A stretch of DNA of 42,252 bases from Macrostomum lignano (lineage: Eukaryota), in contig NIVC01000724.1 of NCBI GenBank assembly GCA_002269645.1, positions 64,379 through 106,630 on the forward strand, read 5' to 3'. A program made the position numbers and the translations under genes. The notes beneath the pieces are model-generated. The model had not been told where the DNA came from. It worked only from the letters and a program-made list of their open reading frames with translations, and did not search any database. Positions 24,664 to 35,512 of the stretch are shown piece after piece. Position 1 is the stretch's first letter. Every line of letters starts with the position of its first letter.

Positions 24664-25610
24664 CTGGGCAAGTTGTTGATGACTGACATGCCCTGGGTTA
24701 GGATGCCGAGCAGAGTGAGCACGCCGAGGGACACGCGAGCCGGTATGGCCTCAACGCTGATCCAGAAGTTCAGCCAGCTGACTGTCACGATGAGAATCGC
24801 GGGAATGTAGGTGCTGGACAGGTAACTGCCGAGCTGCCTCTCGAGGTTGAAGACAACCAACAGGCAGGCGTAGGCGCCGGTGCTGGTGGCGCTGCCCTTC
24901 GTGCAGTCGATGGTCTCGGCGCTGCTCGGCGTGTTAAACTCCGAGATTTGCATTGTGTCCAGCTCCACTGAGGCTTTATTCTCGTCTCGTTTCCATCGAA
25001 ACAGCAGGTTTCGAGTTGTGTATCCGTAGCTGCCAATATTCACAGTGCAGGTCTGCGTGTCCATCGGGAACGTCTGCAGCTGCATCTGGCAAGCGTACCG
25101 CATTGTAACCTTCTGCGAGTACAGGATGTGCCCGTTCGGCTCAACTCGGATTAGATAATTTGGCTGCGTCATCTCGTGCAGGTAGCCTTGCTTTCCATTG
25201 CGAAAGAAAAGATCTGGCAGCCACAGTTGCTCCTTCTTGGCCGGTATAGCGATGGAGTCATTGTAGAACTTGAACTGCGGGATATTCTCCCAGCTGAGCC
25301 GGTGATCGCGCCAGAACTGCCTCAGGTACATGTCCAGCGTGAACTCCATATTGATGACGTCGACCTTGTTGATGCTGAGAATTTTCATGTTCACTAACAC
25401 GAGTGTCGGGTCTTCCTCCAGTTTGCCGTCCTTGTTCTGCCTGCTGGCCGGCACGGGTCTCTGGTGCTTGTTGTAGTTGGTGAAGATGTGCCCTACGATT
25501 CGGTCCACAATGTTGGTGTAGTTCGGCTTCATTCCAGCTTGGCCTGATGCGGTCCCGAGCATCAGGAGAACCGAAGCGGCAACTAGTGTTGCTAGGCTCA
25601 GCGGCTGCAT
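24664..25610 (-). CDS. GluCl-like Cys-loop subunit 5' exon A: signal peptide, whole ECD, M1, M2
   Basis: ATG at 25610 (MQPLSLATLVAASVLLMLGTASG leader); WLPDLFFRN; CQMQLQTFPMDTQTC; PAR motif; ends NLP-AG|gtaag. Spliced to 13721-14207 it would give 477 aa. Confidence 0.92.
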
Positions 25611-27524
25611 GGCAACGTGGCAGTGGTTCTCCGCTGAGTTGCAGACCACCGCGTCTCCCTGCTACTTGTATGCAGGCCTCGCAGCTGAGGGCACCACAGC
25701 TTTGGCTTTTGTCCTTATGCGCTTCTTTGTCTGGCTTCCGGCCCGGGTTTAATCCAGCCGCGCGCTCAAGTCAGCTCGCTCTCGCTCCACCGTGCCGGAT
25801 TAAAGTCGAGGCGCTCCGGGCCTCTCCCGAGCCCTCCCGGTCTGAATAGAAGTCTTTTGTCTCTCGCTCTAGCTGGCTTTCTCAACCCAAGTGTGATGAG
25901 GCTTGAGAGTTTTGCAAACGAAACCTGAATTCTGAGTTGCTGGGTAAGGAGAGACTTTTCGCGTGCTCCTGCTGTACCTGCCCGCCCTGCCTCCTGGCTC
26001 TCGCGTTTCCTCAACGGAACCGGAGCTCTGGCGGCTGCGAGTAAGGAAGGTACAAAGCTATCGTGGGGGATGTTTTTGTAGGAAAAGCTGCTGGATAGTT
26101 GCGGGGAGAAATCTTTTGGCGGAAGGCCTGGGGAACGGCTGAACTTTAGGCAACGGGGGGAGGAGGGGAGCCTGAATGGAGGAGACTTCAATCGTCTAAA
26201 GCAGGTGGCAAAAAAACTGAGAAAGGACGAGGACGGGGAGCTATTTTGCCTTTTCCTTCATTGCCAACCTCCTCCCTCAGCATCCAGCCCGGCGGGCTCC
26301 AACCGCCTCTCGCGCCTCAGAAAATGGAAGTCTGTTGGCTGCAGGCGCGGACTCCGGCACTGCACAGCCAGCCCGGCCCGTTCCTCAGCGTGGGAACCAA
26401 TAGCAGAAGTCCGATGGCACAACTAAGAAGCTTTCCGCGAAACGAATGAAGATCCACTGCTGCTTAAGCGGAGCAAAATGTGGGAATGATGAGGGTTGAG
26501 AACTGGGAACTGGGAGGGGGGACTCGCATGGCCCCTCCGGCCACTTCCATTCTACATGTTCTGCTTGCGCTTATGGTAGTCCTATCTATCTACCGGTTTG
26601 GAAAACTCTTCTCATCGATATGTTGGGCTGGGAAATCTCGGATTTCTCAAGCGAGATTCTATTATTAGATCGTTTGATCCAGAGGGGAGGGGCCAGTCGC
26701 TCTAAAAGGAAGGACTTTTCTTTTCTCATTTTGCTTCTCCTTGTACCAGAGAGGCGGAATTTGGGAAATGTCAGCTGTCAAGACTTCGGACTTCCCAGGC
26801 CACCCCCTCCGCCCCTTGGGGCTGGTCGGAGTACAAGAAGGTCTGAGGAACAGAGGGAGGCCGCAACCGGTTATGCATCGATCTAGTTAGAGACGATTTA
26901 GTGCGAGACTTTAGAAAAGCGATCTGAACTAAAAAGCTGCTGTCAGAGACAAAGAGTCTCAACTTCGATTGCCTGCGGCAGAGACCTAAAACTGTTGAAC
27001 CTCGGTGACTTTCTCTAGCAGTTAAACGTTTTCGTTTCTAAGAATAGTTACCTACCGCCTGAGTTTTTTGAATTGGCTTAGTTCAAATGCGGTGAATTTC
27101 TCTTTAAAACTGACCTCGCGTGTCCTGCAGCCTACCGGGTTCTCTGAACTGATTGACTGGGAAGAAAAATGGATTTTACAAACGCAGCCTACTGATTTGG
27201 CCTTGCTGATGCTGAAATATGCGACTGCTTGGCACGAGGCTGCAAGCTGTGAAGCACCTGACCCAAGCTTGGGGTTTTAGCGCGTGTGGGCGTCATCTGT
27301 GCAGCGCTATAGAGCGACCTTGATTGCGACTGCTGACTGTCACGTTTGGCGGGATGAAAAACTGGGATCCATCGTTTGTTCCTGAACACATCCAGTTCGA
27401 CAAACTTTTCTTAGCGCTAATTGGCAGGTTGAAAGACCAGTTTGACATTTCTGTTCGGTCGATGAAATCTAGAGGGAAGATTTACACGTAGTCTTAAAAA
27501 CCGAGCGGTTCGAAATTAATGAGT

Positions 27525-27650
27525 AATCTCAATGAGATTCTCAATCTAGATGCCAGGAATCTCAATGAGATTGTCAATCTAGATGAGATGAATCTCAATG
27601 AGAATCTCAATCTAGATGCCAGGAATCTCAATGAGACTCTCAATCTAGAT
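27525..27650. repeat. 33-bp tandem repeat, 4 copies, with internal palindrome AATCTC-AAT-GAGATT
   Basis: Units start at 27525, 27558, 27591 and 27624. Confidence 0.85.
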
Positions 27651-28701
27651 TCAAAGAACCTCAGTTAAACTGTTGAATGAAATTTCAGGGATCTTTTGGG
27701 GGAGATAAAAACCTTAAAAAAGTGACTCATTAACTCTGTGCTGCTAAGTAAGCTACGAGCCGTATAAAATCGAAGGCTTAAAAAACTTGAAAATTTAAGA
27801 TTTTGTTTAAACTAGGCTCCGAGGGCAGAATTATATGCATGCGCATACAGGCATTGATGAGGCTCGCTTACAGCCTTCCCAGTAATCCCCCATAGGGATA
27901 ATAATGGAGGGAGATGGGGGTAGCTCTGCCCATACAGAATCTCACAGGCTAAGGTGGCTGTGACTCCCTTATTGAGCCAATATAATATCCTCTTGGCGAG
28001 TTTCACACCTTTGTAATTGGGGGGGGGGGGTGTTTTATTGTCCACAGCCAGCCACTTACTTCTTCAAGCAGCTGTGGCAGTCTGTGTGTGTGAGAGAGAG
28101 TGGCGAGAGTGAGAGTGAATGAGAGAGAAGCATTGTTGCCACAGCTTTTGGCAGGCTGAGGCTAGAATGATGAGGGAAGCTGGCGAGACCGGGGGCTACA
28201 TCAGGGGATAAGGACTAGATGAGGCCTGTGTGTGGGGAGTATTTTGCAAGCTCTAATGATGCGTACAGTGGGATCTCATGAGCGAGCAACTCAAGTTGCC
28301 GTTTCAGTTGAGAAAGCATCCATGGCGTGAATTTGTTGGGCAGGTGCACTAAGATGCGTCAGGCGCCCCCTCCCAGTCTTAGGTGAATGAAGGTTCATTA
28401 GTTATTCATGAGGACTCTGCATGTACCTAACACCCGATTAAATCTTATGAAGAAGGTTTCCCTTACAAAAATTGTTTACAGAGTGCCTACGGGTCTTATA
28501 CTTATCTACCACTGGCAGAAATTGCCTCTAGAAGTTTGATTGAGTTTTCTGCCGAGAACTGAAAAATCCTTCTCAGAATTCTCCTCGTAGTCTCTCTCTC
28601 CTCTCCTTCCCTCTCTCCCCCTTCGTCACCGCTCAATCCAGTTCAGAGCAATCTGCTTTTTTGAAAGTTTCTGACTAAATATTTTTCTGTCCAAAGTTCC
28701 A

Positions 28702-30400
28702 TGTCTAGAATCTCACCTTTATACTGGGAGTCTAGAATCTCACCTTTATACTGGGAGTCTAGAATCTCACCTTTATACTGGGAGTCTAGAATCTCAACCT
28801 TAGACTGGGAGTCTAGAATCTCACCTTTATACTGGGAGTCTAGAATCTCACCTTTATACTGGGAGTCTAGAATCTCACCTTTATACTGGGAGTCTAGAAT
28901 CTCAACCTTAGACTGGGAGTCTAGAATCTCACCTTTATACTGGGAGTCTAGAATCTCACCTTTATACTGGGAGTCTAGAATCTCACCTTTATACTGGGAG
29001 TCTAGAATCTCAACCTTAGACTGGGAGTCTAGAATCTCACCTTTATACTGGGAGTCTAGAATCTCACCTTTATACTGGGAGTCTAGAATCTCACCTTTAT
29101 ACTGGGAGTCTAGAATCTCACCTTTATACTGGGAGTCTAGAATCTCACCTTTATACTGGGAGTCTAGAATCTCACCTTTATACTGGGAGTCTAGAATCTC
29201 ACCTTTATACTGGGAGTCTAGAATCTCACCTTTATACTGGGAGTCTAGAATCTCAACCTTAGACTGGGAGTCTAGAATCTCAACCTTAGACTGGGAGTCT
29301 AGAATCTCACCCTTAGAAGATTGGGAGTCTAGAATCTTACCCTTAGACTGGGAGTCTAGAATCTCACCCTTAGACTTGAAGTCTAGAATCTCACCTTTAT
29401 ACTGGGAGTCTAGAATCTCACCTTTATACTGGGAGTCTAGAATCTCACCTTTATACTGGGAGTCTAGAATCTCACCCTTAGACTTGAAGTCTAGAATCTC
29501 ACCTTTATACTGGGAGTCTAGAATCTCAACCTTAGACTGGGAGTCTAGAATCTCACCTTTATACTGGGAGTCTAGAATCTCACCTTTATACTGGGAGTCT
29601 AGAATCTCACCTTTATACTGGGAGTCTAGAATCTCACCTTTATACTGGGAGTCTAGAATCTCACCTTTATACTGGGAGTCTAGAATCTCACCTTTATACT
29701 GGGAGTCTAGAATCTCACCTTTATACTGGGAGTCTAGAATCTCACCTTTATACTGGGAGTCTAGAATCTCACCTTTATACTGGGAGTCTAGAATCTCACC
29801 TTTATACTGGGAGTCTAGAATCTCACCTTTATACTGGGAGTCTAGAATCTCACCTTTATACTGGGAGTCTAGAATCTCACCTTTATACTGGGAGTCTAGA
29901 ATCTCAACCTTAGACTGGGAGTCTAGAATCTCACCTTTATACTGGGAGTCTAGAATCTCACCTTTATACTGGGAGTCTAGAATCTCACCTTTATACTGGG
30001 AGTCTAGAATCTCACCTTTATACTGGGAGTCTAGAATCTCACCTTTATACTGGGAGTCTAGAATCTCAACCTTAGACTGGGAGTCTAGAATCTCAACCTT
30101 AGACTGGGAGTCTAGAATCTCAACCTTAGACTGGGAGTCTAGAATCTCAACCTTAGACTGGGAGTCTAGAATCTCAACCTTAGACTGGGAGTCTAGAATC
30201 TCACCCTTAGAAGATTGGGAGTCTAGAATCTTACCCTTAGACTGGGAGTCTAGAATCTCACCCTTAGACTTGAAGTCTAGAATCTCACCCTTAGAAGATT
30301 GGGAGTCTAGAATCTTACCCTTAGACTGGGAGTCTAGAATCTCAACCTCAGACTGGGAATCTAGAATCTCACCCTTAGATGATTTGGAATCTAAAATCTC
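28702..30400. repeat. 27-bp minisatellite, roughly 63 units, with variant units; open as a 574-aa ORF (28701-30425)
   Basis: Unit TGGGAGTCTAGAATCTCACCTTTATAC (WESRISPLY) with variants STLD, PLED and PLDLK. Confidence 0.95.
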
Positions 30401-31073
30401 ATCGTTAGATTCGGTATGTTATTAGTTGTCCAGGAAAGCACCACTGCAGAAGCTTGAAAAGACACTTCAAAAAGTACATATAGTTAGTCACCTATTGAAC
30501 ACACGCGTCTCAAATTGAAAATACACTTCAAGCTGAAAAGGGGCCATGCCGAAAATAGCACAAAAAGTTTTGAAAGCGTTTAAACTTTCCAAATTGAATC
30601 AAAAAATTAGAGCTGACTCTGTAACGGGGAAAGAGAGCAATGCTCAACATGTGCTAGCTTTTCACCGCCAACTTTGAGTCAAGTCCTTATAATATGATAG
30701 AGTATTCACAGTATAACAGAATCGAACAGAGACAGAACAAAATGCATGCGATCACGCGACGCAGGCAAAGAGTTCGAGTTGCGCCTCGCGGGACTTCCTA
30801 ATAAGATCTTGATGAGAGTTGCTAGAGCCTTGGCTGAAGCACGTATTGCAGCAGATTGAGGCAGCGGCATGACAGGCCCTTCTGTGCATTTCGCGCCCTA
30901 ATAAGAGCTGGGGTCCATGAGACAGCAATATCACCCCTGAGGGTCAAAGTCTGATTCAATACCATTGCTCGCTGGAACGTGCCATTTGACTATCAGGGAT
31001 GCCAAAATTTTCTTGCAGCTCAACTGACCGAAAGAGTGCTTGTCGATGCAAAAAATTCAATAATCACACAGCC

Positions 31074-31330
31074 AGTAAGAGAGTCACACAGCCAGTAAGA
31101 GAGTCACACAGCAAGTAAGAGAGTCACACAGCCAGTAAGAGAGTCACACAGCAAGTAAGAGAGTCACACAGGCAGTAAGAGAGTCACACAGAAAGTAAGA
31201 GAGTCACACAGCAAGTAAGAGAGTCACACAGCCAGTAAGAGAGGCAAAGCCAGTAAGAGAGTCACACAGCCAGTAAGAGAGTCACACAGCCAGTAAGAGA
31301 TTCACACAGCCAGTAAGATAGTCACACAGT
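31074..31330. repeat. 20-bp minisatellite, ~13 copies
   Basis: Unit CACACAGCCAGTAAGAGAGT. Confidence 0.95.
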
Positions 31331-32412
31331 CCTTACGATAGATATTAACAGACCAACCTTAGCTACTTTTAGCTTGTGGAGCTGACTAATTATTATTTTG
31401 TAATTTTTTCCAACAGCGGGTCCGTGTTCGCTATAGTACGGTGCATTTCACATTTCACATTTCACATATGCAATAGCTGCTATGACATTGATAATGTAGA
31501 GAGCCGTTAGTCATACCGTAATGCGCAACTTAAAGTAATATTCTAATAAAATTAATTTAAACTCGGACTCTATTTTTAGAATGAGTCATGATGAGTCATA
31601 TCTATTTTTAGAAATTCTATTTTTAGAATGAGTCACGTGCAAACAGAAGTGACTCAGAGCCCTACGTAGGACCGACGTTTATTTGATCAAGGAACCGGTT
31701 CTCGGTAGTTTTATTTGCTTAACTCCATATATGGAAATGATCAAACATACGTGACCTAAGTAAATAGCCGATTTTAAACCAGTTTTTTTTCACCAAAATT
31801 TTACTATAAATATAAGCGAAAATCCGAGTAAAAAACTCAGACTCGGAGGGGTCTCAAGGAAGACTTTGGAATACGTTAACCAAGACGACTCATCTCTGAG
31901 AGAAGAAGTCCGGATAGATTGGTAAGCGTTTACCCGATTTAGTTTATTGTTACTATCGCTAATAAGTTGATTAATTGAGTTTACGAGAGCCACTTATTGT
32001 CGACACATTTGAGAAAGGCCTCCTTGTTTCCTAGGATACATTCCTAGAGGATTATAGAGTTGATTTGAGTTATCCGTTACGTTTCGGACGTAACGAAGAA
32101 GACGCCCTTCAGGAGGACCTATTACAGAAAGTTAGAGAATTCAATTGTTCATAATGGCGCACGTTCTATTGTTAATTCCGAGCTGGAGGACCGTCAAGAA
32201 TTCTGATTCGCTCTCGTTTTGGTCGACCTACAGGTAAAGTTAAGGACTCCAAGAAGCAACAGCTGCTCACCGGAACCGGCCGCCACCGCTCATCAAGCTA
32301 GCTAGCCCTACAAGCAACAATACCCCGCCGAAAGTAGTATACGTTTTTTTGACACAAAGCCGATTTCCTTATGGCGAAATACATAGTAAGTACAGGCCCA
32401 AAAAAATGGCAG

Positions 32413-32481
32413 AGTCCGAAATTTCATGTGCACGCAGTCTGAAATTCCATGTGCACGCAGTCTGAAATTCCAAGTGCACGC
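32413..32481. repeat. 23-bp tandem repeat, 3 copies
   Basis: AGTCTGAAATTCCATGTGCACGC at 32413, 32436 and 32459. Confidence 0.9.
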
Positions 32482-32957
32482 TAAATATCTTTTACGCAAC
32501 GTGATTATTCAGACGAATTGCATATCCACCTGTCCAAAATACAAGTAACCGATTCTAGCAATGGTGACACAAACACACTTCAAAGGATTCCATTCAAGAC
32601 AAATTTACTCCAAAGCTATTCACACATTTCAAGTGTTATTGAAATATTGAAAACTTGTGAATATTATCACCCTTTTGAAGAAAGATAGTAAATGATCTAT
32701 TCTTGAGTGCCTATAGAATTTTTGCACCAACTTGAGCAGATGGTTTACAGATACTATGTCAACAACTGCGTCAACATGCTTCTTCTTTATACTATATATA
32801 TATACGAACACACTGACACAGAAAATATTAAATAACTTAAACCAAGTTTACATTATACTACTTGTTCAACTATACTTACATCTTAAGTGAAATGAAGCGA
32901 TCACGTCAGCAGGAATTGGCCGAGCGCTATGTTAAACAAGGTAAGATAATCACCTAC

Positions 32958-33185
32958 TCTAGTTCAGTTTTCTTTTTTAGATTGACTGTTCGCTATAGTT
33001 TAGTTTCTAGATTGATTGTTAGTTCGGTTTCTGTTTAGACCGATCCTCTGTTTGTTCAGTCTCTAGATTGATTGTCTGCTAGTTCGGTTTCTGTTTAGAC
33101 TAATACTCTGCTAGTTCAGAATTTCTAGATTGATTGTCTGCTAGTTCGGTTTCTGTTTAGACTGATTCTCTGCTAGTTCAGTTTC
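32958..33185. repeat. Degenerate ~56-62-bp tandem repeat
   Basis: CTAGATTGATTGT..CTAGTTCGGTTTCTGTTTAGAC recurs at 33007, 33063 and 33125. Confidence 0.8.
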
Positions 33186-33201
33186 TATATACATTGTATA
33201 C

Positions 33202-33753
33202 ATGCACCTATACCAAATTTCCCTCATCTTATCCATTATTATAGCATTCAAGAATGGTTTCTTCACGCGGCCACCTCCAGATCAGTGCAAACGCATTTGC
33301 CACGACACCACCACATCCAATTCTGCTGCAAGAGCATCATATTCTACATCTCTCGCCAGAGTAACCTCGATTCATGTCGAGAGACAGACAACTGAGCTAG
33401 ATCGCATTTACACAAGAACTGATGTTATTCAGTCAATTAGGCAGCAATCGAACCCACGACCAACTGACCAACTGCAGTATGCACCACCACCACCATCACC
33501 AACCAGCTACAATGACCCAACAAAGCAAACTTGCAGTAAGCCTACAAGTACCAAACCAACGACAGCAACTGAAACACCATCATCATCAATTGCTATTTCT
33601 AGCCAAGTTCAACCGCTGCTAAACTCGCCAATTATTGTACAGAAGGACATCAAGTCTGTAAAAGTCTCTCAAATGAGCACAGGCTTCTACCAAGTAGAAT
33701 TAGCAAAGACCTGTAATACAACTCAAGTATTTGAATATTGGGACCTATCTTAA
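33202..33753 (+). CDS. Hypothetical Pro/Thr/Ser-rich protein with possible signal peptide
   Basis: 183-aa ATG ORF in AT-rich DNA with a hydrophobic N-terminus (ISLILSIIIAF). No recognisable domain. Confidence 0.3.
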   Translation: MHLYQISLILSIIIAFKNGFFTRPPPDQCKRICHDTTTSNSAARASYSTSLARVTSIHVERQTTELDRIYTRTDVIQSIRQQSNPRPTDQLQYAPPPPSPTSYNDPTKQTCSKPTSTKPTTATETPSSSIAISSQVQPLLNSPIIVQKDIKSVKVSQMSTGFYQVELAKTCNTTQVFEYWDLS

Positions 33754-34002
33754 AAAGACATTTTTTCTAACTCTTCATAAAATTTTGCCAGCAATGTGTC
33801 CAAGTAATTGCTCTTTTAGTATATATCAAACAAGTCTGTAATCAATAATATAATCTCTATAAATTCATTATTCTAAAAAAATCTTTCAATTTTATTCACC
33901 ATTCATTGAAATTATTTAATTCAATATAAAGTCAATATCTTGTACAGTCATCATTAAACAAAAATTATTAATCCATGCAAATAATTTTTTTTCATACGTT
34001 TC

Positions 34003-34800
34003 TTTAGCCATGGTCTGGCTTTTGCCACAACAGTATGATTTAGCTGTGGTCCAGCTTTTGCCTCAACAGTATGATTTAGCTGTGGTCCAGCTTTTGCCTC
34101 AACAGTATGATTTAGCTGTGGTCCAGCTTTTGCCTCAACAGTATGATTTAGCTGTGGTCCAGCTTTTGCCTCAACAGTATGATTTAGCTGTGGTCCAGCT
34201 TTTGCCCCAACAGTTTTTAGCCGTGGTCCGGCTTTTTTGCCTCAGCAGTATGATTTAGCTGTGGTCTAGCTTAAAACTGCATCAACAGTGATTTAGCTAT
34301 AGTCCAGGCTTAACTACCTCAACGATGATTTAGCTATAGTCAAGGCTTAACTGTCTCAACAGTAATTTTAGCTGTTGTCCAGACTTAACTGCCTCAACAG
34401 TGATTTTAGCTGTGGTCCAGGCAACTGTCTCAACAGGGATTTAGCTGTAGTCCGATTAGCTTAACTGTCCAGTTATTTAGCTGTGAGCCAAGCAGCAGCA
34501 CCCGTCTCAACAGTGAGAATTAGCTATGGTCAGCTTTACCTCAACTGTGATTTGGCTGCTGTGGTCTAGCATAACTGACTCAACAGTAATTTTAGCTGTA
34601 GTCGTCCAGCTTAACCACCCGTCCAGTTTTATAACCATGGTCCAGCTTAACCACCGTCTCAACGTACAGCGATTTAGTCGTGGTCCAGCTTAACCGTCTC
34701 AACGTACAGTGATTTAGCCATGGGTCTAGTAGCAATTAACCGTATCAATAGTGATTTAGCCGTGGTCCAGCTTAACTGTCTCAACACAGTAATTTAGCTT
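34003..34800. repeat. 36-bp tandem array decaying into degenerate units
   Basis: GATTTAGCTGTGGTCCAGCTTTTGCCTCAACAGTAT is near-perfect to ~34200, then progressively diverged. Confidence 0.9.
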
Positions 34801-35426
34801 AGTCCAAACAGCATTTGTGTGTCAACTGCACTGACTGCATGCGGTTATAGCAGCGGCAGTCATTATAGTCCCAACAATTAGCTGCGCGTCGCAGCATGAT
34901 AGTGTAACTCTATATAGCTTCTGCTCAATATAGGACTGCAAAAGCTGAGTTACAACTATACATTTTTCTGTTTGAAAAGTAACACTCTATATATAGGTTA
35001 CTCAAGCAATCTCTTGTCACCGTGCGAGCTAAAAAATTCCAACATGCAAGCAAAACTTTCAATAAATTAATTTCATAGCACCGCGTGCAGCTTATTTTTA
35101 CTCTAAAATCCAAGATTGCTAATTTTTCAAGTCGCAAAATATTTTAATTACATTCTACTTGAGAACAAAACCAATCTAATGAAGCAGCAACCAGCAGTCT
35201 TCTTATTAAACGCTTGCCATCGTGTTACTCTTGCAAATTTATAACTAGTGTGCCTAAGATTCATTAATTTTATTGTATAAAATATCAACCTACATTTGCG
35301 TAAAATTAGACCTAATCATGCAACCCACCCTAGAAACTTATGCCACCTTTGGCACGCAACAATGTCTTAATCAGCACGCAACAATTAAATTTGTTTACTA
35401 GTTCACAAACAGCATGCAATGCTTGC

Positions 35427-35434
35427 TATAAATA
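35427..35434 (+). promoter_or_regulatory. Candidate canonical TATA box for the SSB-like gene
   Basis: TATAAATA about 85 nt upstream of ATG 35513. Confidence 0.4.
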
Positions 35435-35512
35435 CAAGACCCGAAATAGTCAATTTTTCATGAGCTCAATCATTACAGCAAAAGAAATACTATATTCAAT
35501 TGCTTGTAAGAC

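Noticed and set aside
13721-25649. Three complete independent Cys-loop genes
   Set aside because: No second or third M3-M4 exon (KAID.W / SR..FP) was found between or after the 5' exons within the window. This is a by-eye scan, not exhaustive.
28702-34800. Tandem arrays as CRISPR arrays
   Set aside because: No unique spacers, no cas genes, eukaryotic context.
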